In this document: positions 25,047 through 38,390 of the stretch, piece after piece | Layout: every line of letters begins with the position of its first letter | How positions within the stretch are numbered: the stretch's first letter is position 1 | The notes under the pieces: generated by a model | The model's database searches: none | Told to the model about the DNA's origin: nothing | What the model saw: the letters and a program-made list of their open reading frames with translations, nothing else | Position numbers and translations under genes: made by a program | Origin: Tricharina praecox | Taxonomy: Eukaryota | Reading direction: 5' to 3' | DNA length: 64,000 nucleotides | Assembly (NCBI RefSeq): GCF_024521635.1 | Contig: NW_026250423.1 | Location: 310,001 to 374,000 of the forward strand

Positions 25047-27729
25047 CTTTATAGTATAGTAGACTATGCAGTGCATGTATGGATTTTGGTTTCCTTTTTT
25101 TTTCTGACTTTTTTTTTTCTGACTTTTTTCGGTTCGATATGCTTTCACTTGTGTGAGCACATGTAGATCGTACATACCGCCCCCGGTGGTGGATGCGATG
25201 TACTTACTCTGGTTACCGTAGATCGAGGGGTGCAGGTTTCTGGTTCGCTCCGTGAGCAGGGCTGGAGAGGTTACTTGAAAGCTCTACTACATAGTATCAT
25301 AGGAGGAAGATCCATTGAGCTGCACTTGACGTGAAAGGGCCGTCGAAAACACTCCCAGAACCCTATATATCCTCTAAGCATACAGCACCTCAACGGATGG
25401 AGGTGTATACTGAAGGATTACCTTCCCGCAGAGCTCCGTAGCACATAGTAGATAGCTCAGCTATCAGATATCGCAAGACGTCAGCACGGAATACGCCGTT
25501 CATTCGTTCGTTCGTTAATCATTCATTCGCCTTCAGCCTTCAGCCTTCATGTGCAGGTTTATTCATCAGCCTTAGTCATTTGCGTTCATGAATCATGACC
25601 GCTTCGTAAGTCCACGTAAGTGTGGAGAATCCCCCCCCCCCCCCTCCCACTCCATCGAAGATCTGAGGGTGGGTGGAGGGGTGGGGTGGGGTGGGTGAGT
25701 GGGCGGGGGATACGTACCGTACGGTATAACTGTATTCTATATTCCAGCCGTAGTGAATCATAAATGACGGATTGTATGCTACCCAAGTACCCAAGTACCT
25801 TTTTATGTAGATAGGCACATGCTCGAGCTCGTCGTGAGCCGTGACGCATACCCTCCTACCCTACCCACCTACCTCCTACCTATGATGCATACCTACCAGT
25901 ACCAGTAGCCAGTAGGTATGGATATCCACGGAGCTTTTATCTATTTATCAGTCTGTCTGTCTGTAACGTCTCATTTCGGAGGATTCGTAAGCTCCCGCTC
26001 CCCCCTCCCGCTCCCCTCCTAAGGCGAAACATATCGTCTGGCCGCAGGCCGCGGGCCCCCCAAGCTCGAGCAGATTCTGGTAATGCCATGCACTTGTGCT
26101 TGCGTTGCGCTCGGGGATATCCATGGCGGGAGTGATCCATGGCGGGAGTGTGAGTTATATGGTGCTCGGACTTGAGAATTACGGAGCTTGGGTTGCGTGG
26201 GATATCACTCGCATGTCGGACCCTTGAGGGTCGGTGATTCGGGGGCCGGGGGGCCGGTGATCAGTCCACTTCTACTCGTTGGTATGTTGGTACAGGTAGG
26301 TATGTACTGATTACTCATCTCCGTGACTCTGGTCACATGTATGTAGAATTGTAGATATGAATCCCGGGTGGAGAGAGCGGTATCCAGGTATGTGGGTAGA
26401 ATCGTTGCGTCGGTCCTTTAATCTCGTCCCGGCCCGGCGCTGAGCACCTATAGGTATTATAAGTACATGGTTGGCCGTTGGCGAGCCTGTCATTGGGAGA
26501 CCATCAGGCTAACCGGGTATGTAGACATGAGCAATACTCGGTATGTAGCCACTGTTCCTACTGTAGATACTGTACCAACTCGTTCCTTCCACCTTAAAGG
26601 TCCATTGTTTTCAACATGAATGTAAAGTCGCAGTTTGGCATCAGGCCGTGTTAGACGTTTGAAATTCCTGGCTATGGAACGAAGAGATATTGACCAGCGG
26701 CCAGCCTGTCAACCGTGGTCTTCATGCCACATGCCACGGTCAGTCTTTTGCTCAAAACTGGGGTTGGCTGTGGGCAAGCATTCCGGACTACTAGCTAATC
26801 AGTAGGCATGGACATTGGACAGTCGGGTTAGCTGGATCGTGTTGCGACTCGCATACCGACTGCTCGATGGACGGACGGTTATATAGCCTTGGAATTCCAC
26901 ATACCTATGATGGGGGGGAGTGGGAAGGAGCAATGCACTTCGAAATGCCAAGCATGACCATTGGCCACGATATCATAGGTACCTATCATATTGAAGTGCG
27001 GCAACGCCATCTCGTCGAGGCCTACTTCGAGATTTCGACTCCCCGAGTTCTTGGGATTAGGATACCGGCTGCGTCGTGTGATCCCAGATTCCCAGCCGGA
27101 GTAATCATACCCGTAATTCCCTCCATTCCCCATTCCCCACAAACGCCGTGGAGGTAAGCCGGGGGGGTTCATGTCTAGAGTTTTGTTTTGTTTATTCGTC
27201 TACCTTGCAGTGTTTCCTCCATTCCGCGACCCTGGCAGGTGGCATATGTTGTCTCTCTCTCGGCGCTTTGTGGGGGAGAGGAGGGGGAGGGGAGACAACA
27301 AGCGCCTGGAAGGGGGCGACAGTTGAATCCAAGTCGCCGAGTGATCGAGGCGCTCTTCTTTCTTCTTCTTTCCGCGCCGCCGAGGGGCAGCATTCCATTC
27401 GATGCGACTCATGTGCATTATTTTGCATTGTACACGTCCTACTTATGATACACAAAAGGCAGTCCGGATTGAAGTCGGGAAAGGAAGTTAGGTTATGTAT
27501 GTAGCAGTGGATTTGAGTTCTCCTTGTTCCTGCATGTCACGTAGCGAACTCGTTCCCTCGCTCGCCAACGACGGGTAGGGGAAGAGGCATCCGACGGGCT
27601 ACGGCGAAGAGGGAGAGGTCTGCTAGTTACATACTGCTAGTAGAGTTGAGTAGACATACATCGCATGCATGACGCTTGTCATCTACACCATGCAGCGAGT
27701 GTGCGGTAAGCGTGCAGCAGAGGGAGGGA

Positions 27730-27772
27730 GGGTGAGAGGGTGAGAGGGTGAGAGGGTGAGAGGGTGAGAGGG
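27730..27772. repeat. 8-bp microsatellite (GAGAGGGT)n
   Basis: About 5 tandem copies. Confidence 0.85.
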
Positions 27773-28244
27773 AGGGAGAGGGAGAAATCTCTTCTCTGCT
27801 CGCAGGCACATGGAGGTGGAAACAATATCCGTTGTCACGGTTGTATGTAGCCACGAGCCCGAACTCCATTCTTTGTTCTCCATTCTTCTTGCTTCGTGCG
27901 TACACGCCACACTGCTGTATTGTACTCTACGCACCGGTAGTGTACCCGAAACCCTTCCGTCTCGAGAAAGGTCAAGTGAGGCGTTTCAGCGACGGGTGTG
28001 CTAGGTAGAGTGAGTAGAGTATAATGGTGCTAGTAATAGTACTAGGACTAGTATGGTAGATACAATCCATACAACGACACCGCGCTCTCGCATCGCGGCG
28101 GGGCGGGGGGAGGGGTGGTGGACCGTGGTGGAAATGGAAATTGAAATTGAAATGTGCCAGATCGACAAGGGCGCGGCTTCCATCCAGCCAGCCCCTCGCT
28201 ATTTGGGGGATCAGCAGTGCCCGGACATGGGGTAGATACCTCAT

Positions 28245-28275
28245 CGTGGTGGTGGTGGTGGTGGTGGTGGTGGTG
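28245..28275. repeat. (GGT)n trinucleotide microsatellite
   Basis: About 10 copies. Confidence 0.9.
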
Positions 28276-29704
28276 TGCTGGGCAGTCGAGGTTACAGTTC
28301 CGTGTCGTGTTGTGTTGTGCGGCGCGGCGGCTATACCGGGCGGTGCAAGGCTCAAGGCTCAAGCACGGAGAGGGGCTCGGCGACAGTCAGTGGGCTCTGG
28401 CGGATGAAAATACTCGGCCGCAGAAGAAGGTGGGCGATGCAGCAGGTGAGATGGGGACTCGGAGGGGCGGATGGCGAGGAGTTCTGCTGATTTCTCTTCT
28501 CAGCCTTGCACCTGCTTGCCTGTTCGCTAAATTGGACCGACGTATGCATGCTGCACTGCTCTGCACTTACGCAGCGAGAGATAACTCTCTGCCTACTTGC
28601 TCTGCCTATCTGTTCGGACGAAGAGGAGGAGTGGAGTTGGCGCTGTCATAAGCCAATTCTGCACGCTGGGCGCGACAGGGAGCCATCATTGGCCACAGCG
28701 CCTACCGTCCAATTGTGAGCACTGGAAACGCACGAGGACAGGCAGCTGAGAGCGCAATAAGTGAGAAATGCGGTGGAAGGGAGGAGGGGAACGCTGGCTG
28801 GCCGTATTAGAGCAGACCCCGCTCTTCGGATCCACTCTCTGCTTTCCAAACCCGACCCTTCATCTCTTCCGTCTGTTCTGTTTTGTCTGTCTGTGCTCCG
28901 GCAACTCTCGTCACCGCGCCACTGGTCAACCGTCGGTTGCATTCAACTCAGACTCCAACAACGATACCTTACCGCCCTATGATTCCGGGCGCCGTTTAAC
29001 GCTTTGTCGGAGAACCACAACACCCCCCGATCCCCACACCCACCCACTCACACCGTCTCCATCATTCACTCTCATCTACTCACACAGTCTCCATCATTCA
29101 CTTCCATCTACTCACACTGTCTCCACCCCCACTTTCCACAGTCTTCATCCTCTACTACCATTGTCTCCACTCCCGCTGTCTCCACCTTCCACTTCTCTGT
29201 GGCTTGAAATACACGATTGACGGCGCGCCCCGGTTCAACCACTCGCGACGAACCACCTCCCCCACTTCTCAGCGTTCGCACTACTACCATCCGCTAGCTG
29301 AACCTATCGAAAGCGACACTCGGGAGAGCTTGCTCGATTAGGTATTTCATCTTGAAGGTGGAAAAGGAAAGCGAGACATCCACACCACAGCCCACCTCAC
29401 ACTTCCACCTTCACACTTGCACTTTCACACCTACACCACCACCACAGACAATTCAACCTACCCCCCGTCGAAAAGCGAGAACAAGGACCGGACTGGACTC
29501 GACCTTCACTTACATACTGTCGTACAAATCTAAATTCAACTGTCATCCAGCCCCCCTTCCCTCCCCAACCGATATATCATACTGTTACTCCCTCTCGTAC
29601 TCCCGTAGACCACCACTCCACACCGCCAAACACTTCGTCTCCCCAACAACACCAAACGACAAGTACAACACCTACAACAAGAACAAGAACAATAAACCTC
29701 CATC

Positions 29705-30711
29705 ATGCTGCTGTTCAGGAAGGACAAGACTGCCAAGGCCCCGCCAAAGATTCAGACACCTCCAAAGGAGCCCGCTCCAGCCCCCCCTCCACCGTCGAGG
29801 CAGTCCATGCCACCTCCGCGTAGGGAAGTTGTTCACCATTCGACCCTTCTACTTCTCGACAAATTCGAGCTTCCCCAACAGCCTCGCGGATATTGGGACA
29901 ACAAAGAGGTCTTCGAGACACCGTCCAGCAAGGATGAGCACTCGCGACGCACAGTGTTTGACCCCGAGAGCAGTGCTCGTCCTGTGCAGAACCGCTACAG
30001 GAGGGAAATCAGGGTGCGCAAGGAGGAGCGTGAGGCGCGCAGTCTACAGGAGGGATGGCTGGAGGGACCCGGAGAGCAAGTTGTCCAGGTCCTCGAGGAG
30101 TTGGAGGATACCAACAACGATCTGAGAGATGCGGGCCGATGGGAAAATCATCTGATGGTGAAGCGCGAGATGAGGATTGCGAATGCTCGCAGCAGTTGGT
30201 TCGGGAAGGAGGCGGAGGATGAGAGGACGTGCAGGATGGCGGTCGAGGCGGCGCTGAGGAGTGTCAGGCATCCAGCGTATGGCACCCCCTTCACCACCCT
30301 ACTGACACTGGCGAGCAACGACGACGAAACGTGATGCTAACGATGCGGTGAAGATGGACTGTCGAGTTCGAACCACAGACTCCGGAACAGCTGGACTCTT
30401 CGGCGCGTTCCATCAGAGCGGAGCGCAGGATTTCCACGTCGTCGATCATGACCATGGGGTCGCTGGCGCCGAGCAGGGAAAACCGACTTTCGATACTCTC
30501 GACGACCACTAGCAGGACCACCCCTCGAAGCTCGATCATGAGCATGACGCAGGCGTCGACCGCCTCCTCGCCGATAAGCTCCGGTATGCCGAGTCCCACG
30601 TTTAGCACCGCGAGCGGTAAGGGTGGTTTCTGGAAGGGGACTTCGGCGGGCTCGCCGACAACCGAGCAGCCGAATCCGATCGCTCTGCCACCACCCGCTT
30701 TAACCCACTAG
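29705..30711 (+). CDS. Hypothetical protein with a Pro-rich N-terminus, charged helical middle and Ser/Thr-rich tail. Intron 30277-30353.
   Basis: The intron GTATGG...GCTAAC...AAG joins track ORF 29705 in frame to track ORF 30448-30711 (RHPA|WTVEFEPQ). Coding-like codon bias. Confidence 0.7.
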
Positions 30712-31857
30712 GCGCGAGTTGGCGGTGGTGTGCGGAAAGTGCTGTCACCAAAGGCACCCTCAAAACTGGGGAAGTGAGTTGTGGGGGTGTTCTCCGGTGA
30801 TCAGCGGGTGTCTGCGCTATTTCTCTTTCCCCCCTGGAGACTGTCACTCTCGTTAAAGCAAACGAAATCCGACGAACGAACATATTTGTCGGAATTTACT
30901 GCATGATGATATGATCGTTGAATGCATTTGACCTGGGGTCCTGGCTTTTTTTTCACTGTCGTTTGTGTTCCATAGTTTTTTTCTTTTTCTTTTTCTTTTC
31001 GGGGGCATACCGGAGTTCTGGAGGCTGCTATTTTATTGATTTTTTACGGCTCTGCTTTGTTTGTCGCTGTTGATCGTTGCTGGGGGTACAGAACGGAATT
31101 TCTTTGCAGTTGGAACGGTGTAGGTATGAGATCGAACCGGACTTCTGTTTCCTGTACTCGGTGTTTTGCATCTTTCTTTCTTTCCTCTTCTACTTGTTAC
31201 TTCTACATAAGTTGCTTGTAATTCAATCGGATGAACTGATCAGTGGCTCGACTCGGCTTCGTTTTCTGCCTCGAGACAACTCGTGATGGGAATCACAAGC
31301 GGTGTTTCATCCATCTAATGTTCCCAAGATACTGACATATATCTCACGTGCCAGCCCCCCAAAAACGGTGGCTACGGCGTCGGCTGGATGTTCCTTTTGC
31401 CTGCGTGCGGCACGTTGACATGACATCGTCATAGTTAAGTCCCTCACGTATGGCTGGATGGCGTGCATAAGCTCGCCTACGATTGCGGGACTGTTGGATG
31501 TTTTACTTCCACGGTTGGTGTTGGATGTCTCTGTCTCGTGGCGGAATTCGCATTGAAAAAAGAAATGACGCCGTGTCCGTGTCGATGGAGACCGAGTGAT
31601 CCGAGCCGACACATACCGAGGTCCCGTATTCTATTGGCAAGGTACTCTACCCTAAACCCTGGTTTCCGGCGACCGTTGCTTCAACCTGCTGCTGTTGCTG
31701 CTGCCCTGCTTGCTAGAATACATATCAACAACGACTCCGCAAGATACCGCCTGCCTACATACCGCACCTCATATCGCGACCTCCCTCCCGCTTGCCCATA
31801 ACTATAACTATAACCCCGCTACGTACGTACGGACAACCACCGCCATAGCAAGTAGCA

Positions 31858-32559
31858 ATGAAGCCAATCACAACAGCAACCTACCAGGCCGCCTTCCTCT
31901 CGGGTATCTCCAACATCCTCGCGCAGGTGCTAAAGAGCTACCGCTCCTCGGTGCGTGTGTCCCCACCCCCACCCACACGGCGTTCACACCTGCTGACTGA
32001 TAGACAGACCCCGCTGGAGCTCGACTTCACCCCCGTCATTCACTTCGTCATCTTCACGATCATCAACACGCCGCCGAATTTCCAGTGGCAGGAGCAGTTG
32101 GAGGCATGGTTTCCCGGGCAGGTCGCGGATGAGGGTGCGAAGGGGGAGAAGGGAGAGAAGGGAGAGAAGGGGGAGAAGGCGGCGGCGAAGGCGGGGAAGA
32201 CTAGACTCTCAAAAACCAATACGGCAAAGAAGTTCTTGGCCGATCAGGTCCTGGGCGCCCCGATCAATACGGCAATGTTCCTTGCGGTCATGGGATGGTT
32301 CAAGGGACTCGAGGGACAGGTGCTGATGGATTATGTTCAACAAGTGAGTTCGCTGCTGGCTGGCGGTGGGGAGTGAGTGAGTGAGTGGGCGGCTGATTGA
32401 TCCGGGGGATAGAACTTCATGCCGTTCATGGTGGCTGGCTGGAAACTCTGGCCCGCTGTCTCGCTGATTTCGTTTTCGGTTGTGCCGGCTGACAAGAGAG
32501 TCGTGTTTGGAAGTCTGGTGGCCCTGGGGTGGAATACCTACGTGAGCATGATTATGTAG
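31858..32559 (+). CDS. Mpv17/PMP22 family membrane protein. Introns 31951-32007 and 32344-32412.
   Basis: ATYQAAFLSGISNILAQ, TPPNFQWQEQLEAWFP, KFLADQVLGAPINT, AGWKLWPAVSLISF.VVP and ALGWNTYVS. Confidence 0.9.
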
Positions 32560-33012
32560 ATGTTTCGGGAGGGGGGGGAGTGGGCTTTACTGTTACTGTT
32601 ACTGTACACTGTACACTGTGTAGGGCTGTTTCTGCATGCATACGACTAGAAGCCACTTGCATGACGCTTTGATGAATTGATGACTTCAATTGACTTATTT
32701 TGGCTGAGCGGAGGAATGTCACTTTTTCGTTAAAACTGCATGTTACTACATCCAGCCTTGGCCTGGGCGTCCTGGTGGTGGTGGGGCTGCACTCCATTGC
32801 ACTACACTACACTACACTCCACTGCAATCCCACCTTCCCTCTGCTTTCTGCTTGCTGCTTGCTGCTTGCTGCTCCTCCGCAACAGAACGACATGCTTTAT
32901 CACCTCTCTATCCGTGTATGAATACATACCTACCACGCATCCACTACTATCCCATACCTACCTACAGATCCCATTACTCCTCTTCGTCGTCGCTTCTACA
33001 ACTTCTTCTACA

Positions 33013-35203
33013 ATGGACATATCAACGCACCGCACACGCATCCACATTCCAATTCCCTTGTTAGGCGATAGTATTGAAGAATCGCGGGCCCGCGAGCTCC
33101 TGCAACGTATCGACCACGCCCACAATCTGTACACGCACCGCAAGGGGTTCCCAGAGGCGGAGCGCCTGTACAAGAGCTATGTGAGGCTGCATGTGCGGTG
33201 GCTGGCGGAGCAGGAGGAGCTGGAGCAGGAGGCGGTGGAGACCGAGGCAGAGAATGTGTATGATGAGCGGTGGCCGATGCTGTGGGGCACGGGGAGCAGG
33301 GTTGAGGTGAGTGAATGCGTTAGGGGACCGGGCGGGGCGAGAGCTGACGACGACGGGAAGGGGGGCTCGAGGTGCTCGAGCGTCAGGTCGAAGGGAATGC
33401 CGTCGAGGCCGTCGTCGGCGGGCCCGAGCACGGGCCACCACGCGCCGCCGCCGTCGACCGCTCCGACCACGCACGAGCTGGACAGCGAGCCGAGTGCGTC
33501 ATCGCTGAGCTCGCGGATCCGCGCCAAAGCGCTGTCCGAAGCCACCTCGGACTATTCCCCCGGCCGCCCCCGCTCCCACAGCCAGGCGGAGTGCCCGTCC
33601 ACGCCGATATTCCCGCCGCTGCTGACGAATGCGGATATCCTGTGCGGCGGCACGGTGCTGAGGATCGTATCCCACATGCCCTGGGAGGCCGGGAAGCTGC
33701 TCTATTGCATCGAGTGGAAGCCCCACGATGTCGACGTCGCCCCGCTGTTCTGGTGGGTCAAGTTGTCCGGCATGCAGTTCCACAGCGCCCTTGTGAACGA
33801 GTACCATCACAGACATGCACTCGACCCGCCGCGGTGGCCGAATAAGCGGCGAGTGCGGTCGTCGGCGAGCTTGGGGGTTAGGGAGATTAAGCGCGCGCTG
33901 GAGGAGCGCAGGTTGCATCTCACGCTGCATGGAGTCGCTGAGGAGGACACGGCGAGGGAGCTGGCCGATGAGAGGTGGAGGATACGCGATGAGTGGCAGC
34001 ATACCGGCCGTGGATGGGGCTGCGCCAAGGAAATTGTCCAGAGGAGACGGAAGGAGTGGATGGAGGCCGAACATGAGGCCAAGACCCCATGTGACAACGA
34101 GGAAGAGGTCGACCAGCCCACGGAGACGGAAGCTAGGATGCCCCTTGGTCTCGTTAAGCAGCATTCCGAACCGATCCTGCGGTCAAGACAGAGGTTCGAT
34201 GCACAGGACGAGCTGGAGTGGAGGGAACATTTTGGTGGGATCATCTCAGCGGCTGGTCCTAAGGGGGGCAGCGTCGTCTCGCTGCAGCAGCAGTTACTGC
34301 CCCGAGGAAGCTGCGCGAATCAGCCGCTTTCGAAGGTTGTCTCGACGCTGGTGAGAACCCACAAACGACCCCCTTTATACGCTGCCCTGGTTGGTCGTGG
34401 CGGCGGCAGCGGCGGCGGCAGTGCTTCGACCTTACTGTTATTTAACGGAGCGCCTTCCGTTGATTCTAGTAAATCTCTTGGCAGCAGCGGAGGGAAGGGG
34501 ATATTTGCTAGCTTGCTGGATGCTTTGAATTGGAGTCTGTGGGGAAGACGTCAGGAGGCTGGTACAGCATCGGACGCAACATGCGTAACCCAGGGCCTCT
34601 CCACCGCTGGGGAATCTCCAGCAGTTGGAGACCTGGATGGAGCTCCACGGTCAGAATCCGGACAGCAGACAGAGGGCTTTTCCGGATCATCTCCAATTGA
34701 CATGGTGGGCATCATCTTCAAACTTCCCTGGCGATGCCTTGTGCTAACGGTCCACACAGACTGCTCCATTCGAGGTCACTCGCTCGCAAACCCCCAAACA
34801 AATCGATTCCCTCTACTCATTCCCCGGGTATGAAGTCTTCGGGTCTCGGTCCCTCAGCACCCCATCCTTCCAGTACAAACCATCGCCTTCCGTCTCGGTT
34901 GAGAAAGTTCCATTGCGCACGCAAACCCCCAATCAGCAGCAGCCGTCCGACCCTTCCGCGCATCAGCACCATCACCATCACCACAACCACCACCACCACC
35001 ACCACAAACACCACCACAACAAACACCAACAGCCCACCAGCAAGAAGTCAAAAGAGCCGCTTGCCGGCCTGGACGTACAGAAGGAAGAAGCAGTGCAGAG
35101 GAAAGTAGCCGTGCGCAAGGAGCCGCTCGAAGTCCACGAAAGCGAGCTGTGGCTCGACGGCGTTGGCTCGCCGTATCCAAGGCCGGACTCAAGGGTGTGT
35201 TGA
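33013..35203 (+). CDS. Hypothetical protein with a chromodomain-like segment and a His-rich C-terminus. Intron 34705-34759.
   Basis: Long GC3-rich ORF from ATG 33013. The intron GTGGGC...GCTAAC...CAG joins it to the 34913-35203 frame. The segment VLRIVSH...LLYCIEWK...WWV...LVNEY resembles a chromo fold. Confidence 0.7.
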
Positions 35204-35765
35204 TGTCTCCCACCCCCGACGACGACGACGCTCGAAGGAACGGCGGAATTGAATTAACTGAACGCGTGAATACATAGGTCCTAATACGCCGTAATCATCT
35301 GCGGCAGAAGTGTGTTGGTTAAGTGCTATTGAGGTTGGCCGTTGGCCGCTGGCAAGCTCGTCGAGTCCTGGAGCATGATGGATGGGTGTGCGCTACGGAA
35401 TGGCAGTGTGTGTAGTGTAGTGAGGGGCTACCTGGTTGGTTAGCACTCACTTTTCTTTTCTTCTTTTTCTTCTTCTTTTGAGTCTCGGAACTTGGAAGGC
35501 AAGGCGTGCATATAATTTTTAGCAGTAGTAGTAGTAGCAGCAGTAGTAGTATGCCCTGCTTGAAGGAGTTCTGCGGCCTGCGGGACGGCACTGCACTGTA
35601 GGCACCGTGATGCCTGGAGTGCCTGGATAATAGGAATTTTTTTTTTTGTGAATACACGACTTTAAATTGGGAGGTTTTCTCCTACATAGGTAGGCTGTAG
35701 ACTGAAGACTGTAGTGACTGTAGTAACTGCATTGTCGTTCCGATGTAACGGCTACAACGGGTGGC

Positions 35766-35968
35766 CAGTGTTCTCCATAGTCCGGTCCAGTCCGTCCGGA
35801 GGTGACTGTCGGATGGACTAGGTAGTCCACCAGTAAGGTCGGACGGGACGGACTACTTTTATCCCGTCCTCCAAAAAGGCACGGACGGGACTGGACTGGA
35901 ACTTGGCAGTCCATCCCGTCCTGTCCGGGCTGCAGTCCAGACTCTGGACCGGAGTATGGAGAACACTG
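35766..35968. mobile_element. hAT-type MITE, 203 bp, intact
   Basis: Perfect 14-bp TIR (CAGTGTTCTCCATA...TATGGAGAACACTG) flanked by an exact 8-bp target-site duplication CGGGTGGC at 35758-35765 and 35969-35976. The interior is rich in GGAC/GTCC subterminal repeats and is non-coding. Confidence 0.92.
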
Positions 35969-36287
35969 CGGGTGGCTGGACCCCGAGTAATTGACGTTGA
36001 TTTGGGCCGTCAACTACCTTGCATCTCGATCAAGTTCATCGGATGGGCTGGTCCCTCCTGTAGCGTAGGTAGACAGTGATCACGATTGTATGTGAGCGAC
36101 GAGACACGAGTGTATACGGTATGGTGGTATGATAGGTGTATTAGACATTCCTCATGCTTCATAAAGCTCCAACCTAGAAAAGATAAAAATCAAAGACACC
36201 GGCTCCATGAAAAAACCAACAGCAAAAGCCAGAACTCCCTCGCCTCCCATAACCAAGTAACTATCCCTCCAGTGTCCCCTACGTATG

Positions 36288-38390
36288 CTAAATCTCCCAC
36301 GTCTCCCCCCACAGATTCTCGCCCCATAGTCCCTCCCTGCCCCACTTATCCTGCAGCCTCGTCTTCCTCTCGATATCGCTCAACTCGGCATACACCTGTC
36401 CGACCGCGGCCTTGAGAAACCTCCTGAGCGCGGTCTTCCTCGCAGGGTGCTCAGCCATATGCCACCTCCACAGCCCCTGGCGGACTATGGCATCCCACCT
36501 GCCCGCCTCATCCTCCTCCTCCGCCTCGATGACCGGACGGAGCGTTTCCAGATCCAGTGTCTGGAGGTAAACGACCCAGAGCTCGACGCCCTCCTCCATC
36601 TCGAGCACGCAGTGTTTGCCCAGCTCGGGGACGACGCCGGCCTTGACGGCGAGCGAGAGGTCGGTTGTCAGCGGGCACAGGAGCACGCCGATGCATTGGT
36701 ACACCTCGAGGAGGTCCCGCAGCTGCTGCATTCCCAGGCGGCGCGATTTCAGCCACGATATCTGCCCTGCGACGTTTGAGAGCGCTTCCGAGAAGTGCAG
36801 CGAGAATGCCCATACGTGGAAGATGGCGTCGTCGAAGGCTTTTTCGTCGGAGGCGCTAGCTTCGAGGAGGTGCTTGGATAGAAAGTTTTTGCACCGCGCG
36901 CGGATCGCGGATTTTAGCATGCTGGCCGTCTCGATGGAGGTGGTTATGGCGTGCGAGTACTCTTTGAAACTTGTGGGGTGGAGTTTCGGCGTGGAGAGGA
37001 GTGTGCGGAGCGCCGGGGATGTGGTGCCAACGGCCGAGCTGATTATTGATGTTGCGTTTTCGGTGAAGATGCGGTGAAGGTGCGGTGATGTAAGGGAGAA
37101 GGAAACGATTTCGGAAGCAGATGGGAGGCCAGAGAAGATTCGTACGAGGATTTCGGCAGGGAGGGATAATAAGGTGTTTGCCTCTGTCGTCGTCTGCTCC
37201 ACGGGCTCACCTGCTGGAATACGTTCTGGTTCTGCGGTAATCTCTTCCGCATATACGGCAGTTTCTTTTCCCTCCTCCTCCCCCTCCTCCTCCTCCTCGA
37301 TGGTCGGGAATAGATCTGGGAATTCCCGTCTGAACGGCGTTGCAGGTGTGGAAAAATCAATAAACGGACTCTCAAGCGGTTTCTCCTCCACAACCGGCTT
37401 ATCCTCCTCCACCTCATCCGAGATCGCCAGCTCCTGCGAGAGCCACGACAGCGAGTCATCGCTCTTCTGTCTCCGCGGCGTATGTGGCGGCGACAGCGGT
37501 GGTTCCCGCTGCTCCTGCGGAGTCGACAGGCACCCGATATCATGGCCCACTTCAATATCCTTGGGAATGGTCAATGACTCCACAGGACTGACTGGCGGTG
37601 TTGCCAGAAGTCGTACCACTGGCGTATCTGGGCGTGGAGGAAGCGGGGTTGGTGTATCAGAGGGAATGGGTGGTCTCGTGGTTCTCCAGTCGGCGTTCAC
37701 GCCGCGGTTGTAGCCCATCGTGACCAATCTTCCCGGCCGTCGGGCGGGTGTGCTCGCTCGTCGACGTCTTCGTTGGATCATCGGCTGGGCCGTCTCGGGC
37801 TCAAGGCTCCGGGTCCGTCGGTATATGAACTCTGCTGAGGACAGTGCTGAGGAATGCCGGGTTGTGTAGGGAGGAATATTTGGCGGTGAGCGGGGATCGA
37901 GAAACCTTGTTTGCAGTGGCGATTCATCGGGTGGGCTAACTCTGATGCTAGGGACTCGCTGCTGAGGGAGTTTGATCTCGGAGTAGTGATAGTCGAAGCC
38001 TTCCTTGGTGAAGACTCGGACTCGGTATTTGGTGAACGAGGTGAATGATGGCTCACCGAACACGGACAATCTCGCGGAAGTCGGCGAGGCTGGGGGAGAA
38101 AGGGGAGACATGGGAATACGTAGTGCCGACAAAATGGAGCTCGTCGGGGTCGCTGGGGAAATGGGTGATGATGCTGGAATATCTCTCGGTGACGGTGCCG
38201 ATACGACCATCTTGGTCCCCAGCGCCGACGAGACGGTGATACGCCTGACATCCAGCTTCGTCAGTGCGCCCGAGAATGTCGAAAGTCCCTGCCAGCTCCT
38301 GGATCTAGGTCGGGTCGGTATCTCTGGTGGCATATTCGGATTATGGGTACTAGTAGTACTCGGGAAGCTGCTGGAAGTGATTATCGGCAT
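36288..38390 (-). CDS. F-box-like protein with a long disordered N-terminus and a helical C-terminal domain; start at 38390 or 38333
   Basis: 700-codon ORF with the F-box-like motif LLSLPAEILVRIFSGL...IVSFSLTSPHLHRIF, followed by LKSAIRARCKNFL and FDDAIFHVWAFS. Confidence 0.78.
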   Translation of the reverse strand: MPIITSSSFPSTTSTHNPNMPPEIPTRPRSRSWQGLSTFSGALTKLDVRRITVSSALGTKMVVSAPSPRDIPASSPISPATPTSSILSALRIPMSPLSPPASPTSARLSVFGEPSFTSFTKYRVRVFTKEGFDYHYSEIKLPQQRVPSIRVSPPDESPLQTRFLDPRSPPNIPPYTTRHSSALSSAEFIYRRTRSLEPETAQPMIQRRRRRASTPARRPGRLVTMGYNRGVNADWRTTRPPIPSDTPTPLPPRPDTPVVRLLATPPVSPVESLTIPKDIEVGHDIGCLSTPQEQREPPLSPPHTPRRQKSDDSLSWLSQELAISDEVEEDKPVVEEKPLESPFIDFSTPATPFRREFPDLFPTIEEEEEGEEEGKETAVYAEEITAEPERIPAGEPVEQTTTEANTLLSLPAEILVRIFSGLPSASEIVSFSLTSPHLHRIFTENATSIISSAVGTTSPALRTLLSTPKLHPTSFKEYSHAITTSIETASMLKSAIRARCKNFLSKHLLEASASDEKAFDDAIFHVWAFSLHFSEALSNVAGQISWLKSRRLGMQQLRDLLEVYQCIGVLLCPLTTDLSLAVKAGVVPELGKHCVLEMEEGVELWVVYLQTLDLETLRPVIEAEEEDEAGRWDAIVRQGLWRWHMAEHPARKTALRRFLKAAVGQVYAELSDIERKTRLQDKWGREGLWGENLWGETWEI

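Noticed and set aside
31650..31661. CCCTAA-like words (also near 55710) as interstitial telomeric repeats
   Set aside because: Only one or two imperfect units, as expected by chance.
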